A DNA stretch of 64,000 nt from a virus (taxonomy: Duplodnaviria; Caudoviricetes), in IMG/VR virus record IMGVR_UViG_3300005573_000088, positions 5,237 to 69,236 of that record, one strand, 5' to 3'. Shown here piece after piece: positions 48,255-56,368 of this stretch. The notes below the pieces were generated by a model, which searched no databases, was not told the DNA's origin, and saw nothing but the letters and a program-made list of their open reading frames with translations. The position numbers were made by a program, and so were the translations under genes. Positions within the stretch are counted from its first letter, which is position 1. Each line of letters begins with the position of its first letter.

Positions 48255-49112
48255 TCATTTTCTAAATAAAAGAATATATTCGTGCTTGAAAATATAAAAT
48301 CCACCAACTAAAGCCCTGTATCTCCATAGTTCTTTTTGATTCATTTTACCTTTTGTTTTTTCAAAATTTTTAACTATGATAGATTTTAACATGTATCCTC
48401 TTTTTAAAACCTCGTTCATAGTATAAAAACCCAAAGGTATCCATTCGCCTTTTGAATATTTATCTCCAATAACTACGGCAAAATATCTACCTTTGTCCAA
48501 AATATCATAAGTGTTATCAACAACCTTACCAAATGAATCCAAAAAGTCTTCTATGGTTTTTGCATTAGACAAATCTTTATTAAGATTACTAAATTTTATA
48601 ATATTCCAATAAGGGGGGTGCATTATTAAAAACTGGATAGAGTTTATTCCTCTTGTTTCCAGTTCTTTTTTAAAGTCTAACTCTGTGCTGTCCGCATTTA
48701 TCACTTCTGTTTTAACATCAAAACTGTTTTTTTCATTGGCAATATTTTTATTCGCCAATTCCACTGCTTCAGGAGATAATTCAACACCTAATCCATTTCT
48801 TCCTACCCGTTTACATTCAATTAATGTTGTCCCACTTCCTACAAAAGTATCTAAAACCCACTCGCCTTTTTTTGTATATCTTCTTAAAAACTGATTCGGG
48901 ATTTGCGGAATAAAATTGCCCCAATAACCAGCATTATGCGCTCCAGACTTGTCTCTTTTATCCAAAATCCATAGGCTTTCTGTAAGAATATCATCATATT
49001 CTTTCCAGCGATTAAGGTTCAAATCATTTATACTGTTCTTAACTTCTGTTAGTTCTTTTTTCATTTTTTCAACGGTTAATATAATATTTTGCTCTTTCCA
49101 AAGTTTGAGCAT
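48255..49112 (-). CDS. DNA N4C/N6A methyltransferase
   Basis: GNFIPQIP, VLDTFVGSGTT, HPPY, HEYILLF. Confidence 0.88.
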   Translation of the reverse strand: MLKLWKEQNIILTVEKMKKELTEVKNSINDLNLNRWKEYDDILTESLWILDKRDKSGAHNAGYWGNFIPQIPNQFLRRYTKKGEWVLDTFVGSGTTLIECKRVGRNGLGVELSPEAVELANKNIANEKNSFDVKTEVINADSTELDFKKELETRGINSIQFLIMHPPYWNIIKFSNLNKDLSNAKTIEDFLDSFGKVVDNTYDILDKGRYFAVVIGDKYSKGEWIPLGFYTMNEVLKRGYMLKSIIVKNFEKTKGKMNQKELWRYRALVGGFYIFKHEYILLFRK

Positions 49113-49118
49113 CTGCTA

Positions 49119-49147
49119 TAGTTATATATAACTAATTTTACCGTCAA
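49119..49147 (-). promoter_or_regulatory. Putative MTase promoter with 16-bp palindromic operator
   Basis: TTGACG at 49142-49147; perfect palindrome TAGTTATATATAACTA at 49119-49134, 6 nt from the ATG; no SD. Confidence 0.5.
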
Positions 49148-49201
49148 TGGATTTCTTAGGGTTAATCACACGCTGAGTTGGGGTTTTTTGGTCACGTCCC
49201 C

Positions 49202-49396
49202 TCAATCAAATATAAGTCCTATTAACCGAGCTGCTATGTCATTACAATCAGCAACATTATCAAGGTTATATTTCTTGCGATTGTCATATAAAAACATCGC
49301 TATATTTGTCTTATAACCTAAATATAGTCCTTCGTCTTTTGATAGAGTTGTTGCCATGAACTTTCTTGCTTCCTTGAATTTGTTACTATCTATCAT
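49202..49396 (-). CDS. Hypothetical protein
   Basis: MIDSNKF... with AAGGAGGA SD. Confidence 0.5.
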   Translation of the reverse strand: MIDSNKFKEARKFMATTLSKDEGLYLGYKTNIAMFLYDNRKKYNLDNVADCNDIAARLIGLIFD

Positions 49397-49416
49397 AAAT
49401 CCTCCTTTCGCCCATC

Positions 49417-49998
49417 TCATATTGAAGTCCTTGTTTTTTGATAGTAAGGACAAACAAGTTTATATATCTTTTCAGTAGATATAACATCTTCAATATTATG
49501 TTTCATTATATGTTTTAATGCTTTTTCGTGTCCCAAACTTGCCTGAAACCATATTTTGGGAGAGAGTTTATGCGCTTTAGCGGGAATACTGAAGAAATCA
49601 CAAGCAACTTCTAATTTATTAGAATGTAATTTTAATCTATTCTTGACAATTTGCCAACAATCTGTATGCAGGACTTCTTTATATAGAGGAAAGTCCAGTC
49701 CATATAGAATAGCACGTGTTCGCAAGAATGGGATGTCAAATTTTTTGCCATAGTACGTTACTATCATATTGAACTTTCTTAGGTCGTAACAGCACTGTTT
49801 TATCAATCTCCTGTCAAAATTTCCATTTTTCATATCTTCTGGTGTAATTAATCCACTATAAATTCTTTGTCCGCCATTAAGTTTTTCTTCGTCTGCAACT
49901 TTGATGGCATAGGAAAAAACAAAACCATATGTTGCCTTTAGATTGCTTGTTTCAATGTCAAAAAATCCAATGTTATGAAGTTTAGGAATTGTTACCAT
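49417..49998 (-). CDS. RNase H-like/DEDD 3'-5' exonuclease
   Basis: FFDIETS, TYYGKKFDIPFL, HTDCW, HNIEDV. Confidence 0.8.
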   Translation of the reverse strand: MVTIPKLHNIGFFDIETSNLKATYGFVFSYAIKVADEEKLNGGQRIYSGLITPEDMKNGNFDRRLIKQCCYDLRKFNMIVTYYGKKFDIPFLRTRAILYGLDFPLYKEVLHTDCWQIVKNRLKLHSNKLEVACDFFSIPAKAHKLSPKIWFQASLGHEKALKHIMKHNIEDVISTEKIYKLVCPYYQKTRTSI

Positions 49999-50261
49999 TA
50001 TTTCAATCCCCATTTCTTTTTAAGTTTTTCTACTGCCTCATGTGTTCCATAGTAAGTTCTACCATATGGCATTTCCAGTTTTTCTAAATTGTTTCTCTGT
50101 TTTTCTTTTTCCAGCAGGCGTCTCACTTGTCGTTGTTTAGCCTCCCCAGAAAACTCTAATACATTAACAATTTCTTTTACGGTAAAAATTTCATCTTTTC
50201 TTCTTTCTAAAAAACTTTTAACAAGAAACTGTATTGGAATTGATAAATTTTCTATTTTCAT
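49998..50261 (-). CDS. Winged-helix-like protein
   Basis: FTVKEIVNVL...RQVRRLLE pattern. Confidence 0.45.
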   Translation of the reverse strand: MKIENLSIPIQFLVKSFLERRKDEIFTVKEIVNVLEFSGEAKQRQVRRLLEKEKQRNNLEKLEMPYGRTYYGTHEAVEKLKKKWGLK

Positions 50262-50458
50262 TTTTCCTCCTTTAAAGAAAATTTAATACATCCATCTATA
50301 TTTGCTTTCCAGTTTTTTCGTGGATATAGTATACATCTGCTATAAACACCTTTTATAAAGTTTTGACACTGTTTACATTTGTAATTAGTGTTACGTCCGA
50401 CGATAATAACCAATCGTCCGTCTTTGTCTTTCTCGTGTCTTAATTCTTCGTTCCACAT
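50258..50458 (-). CDS. Small Cys-containing protein
   Basis: CKQC...C...C. Confidence 0.45.
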   Translation of the reverse strand: MWNEELRHEKDKDGRLVIIVGRNTNYKCKQCQNFIKGVYSRCILYPRKNWKANIDGCIKFSLKEEK

Positions 50459-50465
50459 ATTTATT

Positions 50466-50494
50466 ATTATAACATATTTATTTTATTTTGTCAA
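50466..50494 (-). promoter_or_regulatory. Sigma70 consensus promoter (leftward)
   Basis: TTGACA-17-TATAAT with extended TG. Confidence 0.85.
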
Positions 50495-50577
50495 GGGGTA
50501 GTAAAAAATTTCCTGAGGAATACATTGTGGTTGCAGATGTTAAATAATGGACATTGAAAAATATTTTTTTCTACCTC

Positions 50578-50606
50578 TTGACAAACAAAAAAAAATAGTG
50601 TATAAT
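50578..50606 (+). promoter_or_regulatory. Sigma70 consensus promoter (rightward, divergent)
   Basis: TTGACA (50578-50583)-17 nt-TATAAT (50601-50606). Confidence 0.85.
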
Positions 50607-50654
50607 TATTCTAAAATAGATCTTTCTTTTTTATATTCTATTTCCTATACAATG

Positions 50655-51211
50655 AATTACGACTGTGATTTGCGATATGTGGAACAGGGGTAGACTTAAT
50701 CAGTTGATATGCTTATCGTAGTATTGTGCAACTGGCTGGGATTAAACTTCCCAGTGCTAACACAAGATAAGTTAAGGGTCGGAGTATGAAATACTACTCT
50801 GTATTGGCTTTGAAAGCCAGAAGGTTTTTGTGTTTCCCGAAGAACAAAAACACTGGGAACTATTCCTGAAAGTGACATATAATATCATAAAGTCCTTACG
50901 TTAAGAATACATAAGACGTAAATAGATATGATATTATATAAAAAGACTATGACTGTTATCTAAACCCTTAGGAAATAGAAGTTTTACTATTTTTGTAACT
51001 TACTAATGTTATTAAATTATTTAGTTTTCCTGGGGAAAAACACTGCGGTCGCAGATATAATATAATTTAAAAAAAATATACGCAGTGGGAAAAGCGAAAG
51101 AAGTTCTAGTAAAGGAACTAGATAAGTGTTAGTTGGCGATTTTGGCGATTAGTTGGCGATTTAACGCTTAGTATTGCTAACTTAGAGTCACACGTAAAGG
51201 TTGGTGTAATT
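50655..51211 (+). ncRNA. Candidate large structured non-coding RNA (~560 nt)
   Basis: No credible ORF; downstream of a perfect promoter; nested 5'/3' closing helices plus at least eight internal hairpins, including a perfect 13-bp stem. Confidence 0.6.
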
Positions 51212-51407
51212 ACTTTCCTTTAATTTTATGATGAGCAAGATAACTTACTAAAATTGTCCTATCTAATGTTTTTTTAGGTTTTACCCACTCAAATAATGAC
51301 TCTAATATAGAATCAACTGCCATATCCATACTTGAAATAAAATTTTTACTACATCTAAAACCACAGTCCTTGACTTTTTTCTTTATACTTTTTTTAACAA
51401 TATACAT
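51210..51407 (-). CDS. Bacterial-type histone-fold-like protein
   Basis: YIVKKSIKKKVKDCGFRCSKNFISSMDMAVDSIL...KKTL resembles the LIV.SKVK......M..S..F...L...V..L.......RKT pattern of single-fold bacterial histones. Confidence 0.5.
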   Translation of the reverse strand: MYIVKKSIKKKVKDCGFRCSKNFISSMDMAVDSILESLFEWVKPKKTLDRTILVSYLAHHKIKGK

Positions 51408-51471
51408 TTTTTCCTTCTTTTTTTTATTGCTTTACAAATTTTTTTTAGCAACTTGTCATTACTTTCGTTCA

Positions 51472-51675
51472 TTATTTTTCTGACTGACTGCAACATTTTT
51501 CCTCCTTTTTAATTGGTATCGGTATAATTTTTTTGTTATCTACATTCAAAATATCTCCTAAGTTTACATTTATACCACTTGTCATCAATACAACTTTTGA
51601 CCTCTTTTCACCTGTCTTAATTACTTTTGCTACTAACGTCTCATCATACAATTTAATATTTACTAACATAGACAC
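51472..51675 (-). CDS. Hypothetical protein
   Basis: 67-aa ORF with GGAGGTG SD. Confidence 0.5.
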   Translation of the reverse strand: MSMLVNIKLYDETLVAKVIKTGEKRSKVVLMTSGINVNLGDILNVDNKKIIPIPIKKEEKCCSQSEK

Positions 51676-51678
51676 CTC

Positions 51679-52731
51679 CTATTTTTTCATTTTTTTAAAA
51701 TATTTCAACCCAAATTCTGTTATTGCCCTACCTCTTGACAAATATTTTATGATACCAAGCGACACTAACTCTGGTTCATATATTTTTGTCAATGTTTGCT
51801 CGTCTATTCCTACCATAGATGCTAATGGTTTTAATCCTATGCACCCATTCTGACTTTCTACTATCACCTCTATAATTTTTCTTCCAACTTTATCTATTCC
51901 CAACTCATCTATGTCAAGAAGGTCAAATACTTGCATTAAAACTTGATGTGTAACTTTTGTTATGTTCCTAGATACAATAAAATTTTTCAATACTCTAATT
52001 AGATTATTTGCCTTCCTTGGGATCAGTGAAGATCTCTGCGCTATTTCATTCGCTAATTCATCTGGTAAATTAAGTTCAATTTTTTTACTTGTTTGCATCA
52101 CTATACTAATAATATTTTCAATTGAATACGGATCAAGATTTAGCCTTAAATGAATCCTATCAAGCATAGGTTTTGCTATTTTCCCAATTTCTCCTGCAGA
52201 TGTACCTATTAATGTAAATGGTTTTACTGTTATATCAAAATTTAATGTTCCGTAAGTACTTGGAAAATGTAATACTGTACCTGGTGACTCCATAGGAACA
52301 TATAGCAACTCTGCAAGACTTTTCTTTAATGCATGTATTTCATCTATAAACACTATTGGAAACTGCTCTTTTTCAACTTCCTTAAAGATATTATAGATAT
52401 CTATAGGTTTTTCTATTGATCCAGCTGTAATTGTAACTATAGCCCTCTTTGCCTCACTAGCTACTAGCCATGCGAGCGTTGTTTTTCCTTGCCCTGGAAG
52501 TCCTGCAAGCAGTATATGGTCTATTTGCCTATTTTGTTTAATTGCTGCCCTGACTGTGTCCTGTAATATAGTTTTTGTTCTCGTTTGTCCCTTAAACTCA
52601 TCAAAATTAGCAGGCATCAACTCAGGCTTGACAATCTTTTTTAATTTACTAGTATGCTTACTGAATGCTTCGCCTATCGTTAGAGAATCTATTATTTTAC
52701 TCAGTGAATTTTGCATTGGGATTTCCTCCAT
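51679..52731 (-). CDS. ruvB: RuvB-like Holliday junction branch-migration ATPase
   Basis: [46 protein letters not shown]....LSRGR.IT. Confidence 0.88.
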   Translation of the reverse strand: MEEIPMQNSLSKIIDSLTIGEAFSKHTSKLKKIVKPELMPANFDEFKGQTRTKTILQDTVRAAIKQNRQIDHILLAGLPGQGKTTLAWLVASEAKRAIVTITAGSIEKPIDIYNIFKEVEKEQFPIVFIDEIHALKKSLAELLYVPMESPGTVLHFPSTYGTLNFDITVKPFTLIGTSAGEIGKIAKPMLDRIHLRLNLDPYSIENIISIVMQTSKKIELNLPDELANEIAQRSSLIPRKANNLIRVLKNFIVSRNITKVTHQVLMQVFDLLDIDELGIDKVGRKIIEVIVESQNGCIGLKPLASMVGIDEQTLTKIYEPELVSLGIIKYLSRGRAITEFGLKYFKKMKK

Positions 52732-53018
52732 ATATCAAAAAACTTTTCCCTATTTATACTTAAATGTGTATAAATTTGTGTTGTGTTCAATGACTCATGT
52801 CCTAATAGATCCTTTACCATTAGTATATCTGCCCCATTGTTAACTAACTTTGTTGCAAATGAATGCCTTAACATGTGTGGTGAAATAGACTTTCCTATGG
52901 ATTTTAATGCATATTTCCTAAGAATTAGATTTATAGCCATCCTTGACAATTCAAATAATTTACCATGATTTTCTCTACTGTAGAACTTTCGCACCCTTAG
53001 TGTTTGGCAATACATCAA
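52701..53018 (-). pseudogene. C-terminal fragment of a XerC/D-like tyrosine recombinase
   Basis: [13 protein letters not shown]...GAD...[18 protein letters not shown]; lacks the N-terminal domain and first catalytic Arg. Confidence 0.8.
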
Positions 53019-53121
53019 CCTTTATACAAGAAAGAATGGGAAGGGGGGATTTTCTATCAATAACTTTCTTGGTAAGTTTTACTATTTTGACTAAGTCTTT
53101 TGAATTAAGTGTTAATTTCAT
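52975..53121 (-). pseudogene. N-terminal stub of a second beta-clamp-like gene (48 aa)
   Basis: [35 protein letters not shown] with AAGGA SD, resembling the DnaN start (..LPIL..). Confidence 0.5.
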
Positions 53122-53149
53122 GGTTTCCTTTTTAAATGTTACTATTTTG

Positions 53150-53317
53150 TTACTGCATTAATATTTTTCTTCTGCCAGGCAGACGACGTAACCTTTCTTC
53201 AGCCAGTACCGAGCATCTTCTTCTTGACGAAATCAAACCCTCCCTTTTTGTAATAACTTTTACAAGTTTGTCTTGTTCCGGGGGTTCAACTTTTTCTTTC
53301 GGTTCTAGGCTGCGCAT
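53150..53317 (-). CDS. Hypothetical 55-aa basic peptide
   Basis: Hand-translated MRSLEPKEKVEPPEQ...ILMQ with AGGAAGGTG SD. Confidence 0.35.
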   Translation of the reverse strand: MRSLEPKEKVEPPEQDKLVKVITKREGLISSRRRCSVLAEERLRRLPGRRKILMQ

Positions 53318-53363
53318 ATTTCATCACCTTCCTTTATGGTTTTCGTTTCAACCGACATTTTAT

Positions 53364-53801
53364 TTATATCAATCCGTGCTCTCTGAAAGAGTAATACCCG
53401 TTATCAGCGATTACAATATGGTCAAGCAATTCTATGTCTATTGTTTCGAGCGCCGACTTTATTCTTTTTGTGATTTCTATGTCATGTTCGCTCGGCTTCT
53501 CGACCCCGGAAGAATGATTATGTGCCAGTATCAATCGCGTGGCATTCATCAGTAAAGCATTTTTGGCTACTTTCCTAGGATATACGGCCACCTGGTCTAT
53601 ATCGCCTTCGGACTCATATTGAAACGATATAACTACATTCGCCGAGTTGAGATAGATAGCTATGAGTTTTTCATGAACTTCATCTTTCATTTTGTTAAAC
53701 CATTCATAGACGACTGAAGGCGTTTTGAATTCCAGGCTTTGAACCTTTTTGTATCTCTTGTAGATAATCCTTGATTCTCTTAAAATACAATGATTCTGCA
53801 T
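53364..53801 (-). CDS. radC: RadC-family JAB domain protein
   Basis: EKLIAIYLN..N, VYPRKV, ILAHNHSSG...PS..D..IT, LLDHIVI..YYSF. Confidence 0.88.
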   Translation of the reverse strand: MQNHCILRESRIIYKRYKKVQSLEFKTPSVVYEWFNKMKDEVHEKLIAIYLNSANVVISFQYESEGDIDQVAVYPRKVAKNALLMNATRLILAHNHSSGVEKPSEHDIEITKRIKSALETIDIELLDHIVIADNGYYSFREHGLI

Positions 53802-53844
53802 TTGGCCTCCCTTTTATCAGTAAAAATAAAAGTACCAGACTTGT

Positions 53845-54180
53845 TCAACAGGCGCTTTCTACTAACACTTTTATTGTTTTGGGCACTTCAATCTCTTTTT
53901 CTTGCACTTCGTAGTTCTTGCAATCAACTTTAATTTTAATTGATGGAAATTGCCTATTGGAAAATTTGTAAAACTCTCTCAAGCAAGCCAACTTTTGTCT
54001 TATAGAAGATGGGTTTATGCCACTATTGAATAGATAGTTTATATACTTTTTAACAGCACTTAGCATAATCTTTCTATTTATAGACAGAAATTGCCTTAAT
54101 GTAGTTAAGTAACTACTTATTGTATTCTCCGAGCAATTTTCCATCCTTTTAGATTTAATGAAACTCTTAATTTTGCTCAT
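53845..54180 (-). pseudogene. N-terminal (SAM-like) fragment of a tyrosine recombinase
   Basis: SENTISSYLTTLRQF...SSIRQKLACLREFYKF; ends before the catalytic domain. Confidence 0.7.
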
Positions 54181-54212
54181 TTACTTGTGTCCCACCTCCT
54201 TTATAAACTTAA

Positions 54213-54743
54213 TCATAAAACATATCTCCCTTTAAATGACACTCTTTTAGGCTTTACTTTAAGCCATGTTGATATTTCCTTTGACTCAGTCGGAAATTTT
54301 TCATATCTACTATCAAGTTTTTTTAATACAACACCTTCATATCCATTTTCTATACACTCACGATAGTACTTTATTTTATCGTCTGTTAACCAAGGCAAGA
54401 CTACTGGAATTTTTAACTTCAATAGAATTTTTTTTCTCTCTATCAATGGTAACTCGGATATATCCTTCCCATCATATCGCATTATATCAAATATATATAA
54501 TCTATGAACTCCATTTTTACATACATATTCACAATCAAACTCACTACCTGGACTAAACCAAGCTCTTTCTACTAATGGTTTTAATATCTTTCTTCCATGC
54601 CTGGAAAACAACTCCATCCCAAATGCAATTGCCCTGATTCCATTTATTTTAGGCTCAACTATCCATGTTCTATCATTATCTAACTTTTTAAATAAATCTC
54701 CATCATCAGGAATATACATTGGTTTTGGTGGATAATACTTCAT
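54213..54743 (-). CDS. ATP-dependent ligase nucleotidyltransferase core (no OB domain)
   Basis: EPKINGIR (motif I Lys), FDCEY, YIFDI, YEGVVLK, WLKVK; start at MKYYPPKP with AGGAGGTG SD. Confidence 0.82.
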   Translation of the reverse strand: MKYYPPKPMYIPDDGDLFKKLDNDRTWIVEPKINGIRAIAFGMELFSRHGRKILKPLVERAWFSPGSEFDCEYVCKNGVHRLYIFDIMRYDGKDISELPLIERKKILLKLKIPVVLPWLTDDKIKYYRECIENGYEGVVLKKLDSRYEKFPTESKEISTWLKVKPKRVSFKGRYVL

Positions 54744-55035
54744 CACTATCACCTCCTTTTTTCTCTTTGTCACTGTCTTCATCATCATTCCCGTATTCAC
54801 GTATGTCTCCTTCAATGTGATCTTTTTTTATTTCTTTACTCTCCTCTGTAGTAAAATAATTTCCTACCCATTCTATTATCAGCCCCTCCTTAGTGACAAC
54901 ACTAGCCCTTTTATGTGGACCTAATCTGGGGGTACTTGTTAAACAGTCAGATACACTTACAATTTCAAAATTATCTTCTATTAACTTCCTCAACTTTAAG
55001 CACAACTGATACATTTTTTCACTATCTGTTTCCAT
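54706..55035 (-). CDS. Hypothetical protein
   Basis: 109-aa ORF. Confidence 0.5.
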   Translation of the reverse strand: METDSEKMYQLCLKLRKLIEDNFEIVSVSDCLTSTPRLGPHKRASVVTKEGLIIEWVGNYFTTEESKEIKKDHIEGDIREYGNDDEDSDKEKKGGDSDEVLSTKTNVYS

Positions 55036-55626
55036 TTATCCTCCTTCTGATGTCCTAAATGAAACAACCTGTCTTACAATTTGACTTAATTTTGTAATCT
55101 GGTCCTTGTTTAAAAGCTTATACCTTTCCTTCAAGTATTTTTCTGTTGGAACTATCTCACGTTTTACTGTAAAGTATTTTGCAAAATCTTCTTGGCCTAT
55201 TTTTTCAATAAGACTTTTTAACAAACTCTCATTTTCTGTATCTTTTACTTCTATCTTAATTTTTGTTTTAAATAAACTATCATACATATCTTTTACAATT
55301 TCTACTAGTTGATCCTTAAACTCCATCCCTATTTTTGTCCACCTAGACTGCCACGTTATCGTTAAGCTATCGTCACCAAGCCCAAAAACTCTCAAGCTAG
55401 GGTCATATCTTTTTCCTGCCTGTTCGTAGTAATATTCTTCAACTAGATTTTTTATTTCATCTTGTATAATCTTAATTTTTGCATCAATTTCAGATAGTTG
55501 TTTTTCTGCTTCAACAAGTTCACTTACATTGGGTACTCTGTTGGGATACTCAATAACTTTTGACTTTGAACTCTTTTGCTCTGCACCTGCTAAAATATCC
55601 ATTACATCTAATTTAGTTTTATTCAT
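55036..55626 (-). CDS. Hypothetical protein
   Basis: 196-aa ORF with GGAGG SD. Confidence 0.6.
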   Translation of the reverse strand: MNKTKLDVMDILAGAEQKSSKSKVIEYPNRVPNVSELVEAEKQLSEIDAKIKIIQDEIKNLVEEYYYEQAGKRYDPSLRVFGLGDDSLTITWQSRWTKIGMEFKDQLVEIVKDMYDSLFKTKIKIEVKDTENESLLKSLIEKIGQEDFAKYFTVKREIVPTEKYLKERYKLLNKDQITKLSQIVRQVVSFRTSEGG

Positions 55627-55751
55627 GGTATTTCCTCCTAAAATCCAAATACAAACTCTAATACACTTATAATAAGATACAAAATTGCTATTGCAAAAAC
55701 ATATCCTATTATAATCCCTACATACTCTGTTATTAAGTCTCTATCCATACA

Positions 55752-55970
55752 CTAAATACCTCCTTTCTTGAATACATTTTGCACTGCTTTCAGCAACTCA
55801 ATATTTGTAACCTCAATTTTTGTTACCTCAATGTCGGAGGTTAAAATACTGTTTGCAGATTTTTCAATTTCATCCTTTACTGTTTCCTGGTCATACGACT
55901 CTACTATTACATTTGCCTCAATTTTTACATTTACTATGTACTTTTGTTTGCCAATATATTTTAAACTCAT
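55752..55970 (-). CDS. Hypothetical protein
   Basis: 72-aa ORF with GGAGG SD. Confidence 0.5.
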   Translation of the reverse strand: MSLKYIGKQKYIVNVKIEANVIVESYDQETVKDEIEKSANSILTSDIEVTKIEVTNIELLKAVQNVFKKGGI

Positions 55971-56023
55971 ATTATCCTCCTAGGGACTGGAAAAAGAAAG
56001 GTTAAAAACCAGTCCCCTTACTT

Positions 56024-56368
56024 TTATATTTTATCACTAAGAATTTCAACTAATTTCTTTGTGAATTCCTCAATTCTTTTATTTTCTATGATTGTAACTG
56101 CATTTTGGATACATACAGATAGTATCTTTTTTGCCCCTATGCACTCTTTTAACAAAGGACACTTACTATCTTTTTCTATACATCCTTTCTTATTAATATT
56201 TCTTGTGATACAATCTCCTTTAGTTTGTGGAATTTTTTTATTCCAAATACTCTCCCACGCTTTGTAAATCATTTGGATGACATCATAACTTAACTCAAGA
56301 CTTCCATCATAGTTTAACGAACTTTGCTTTGCTTCTTGCGGAGACTTACTTCTGTCCTTGACTTCCAT
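56024..56368 (-). CDS. Hypothetical Cys-containing protein
   Basis: 114-aa ORF overlapping the E1 gene end. Confidence 0.5.
   Translation of the reverse strand: MEVKDRSKSPQEAKQSSLNYDGSLELSYDVIQMIYKAWESIWNKKIPQTKGDCITRNINKKGCIEKDSKCPLLKECIGAKKILSVCIQNAVTIIENKRIEEFTKKLVEILSDKI

Noticed and set aside
41201-49112. Complete restriction-modification system
   Set aside because: No endonuclease gene adjacent to either MTase; treated as orphan MTases.
50655-51211. Group I/II intron, tmRNA, RNase P or tRNA identity for the structured region
   Set aside because: It does not interrupt a gene. I saw no group II domain V/GUGCG, tmRNA termini, complete RNase P conserved regions or cloverleaf. Left as unknown ncRNA.
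52701-54180. Intact integrase or prophage boundary
   Set aside because: Only fragments are present, with no att site or host flanking genes in the window.
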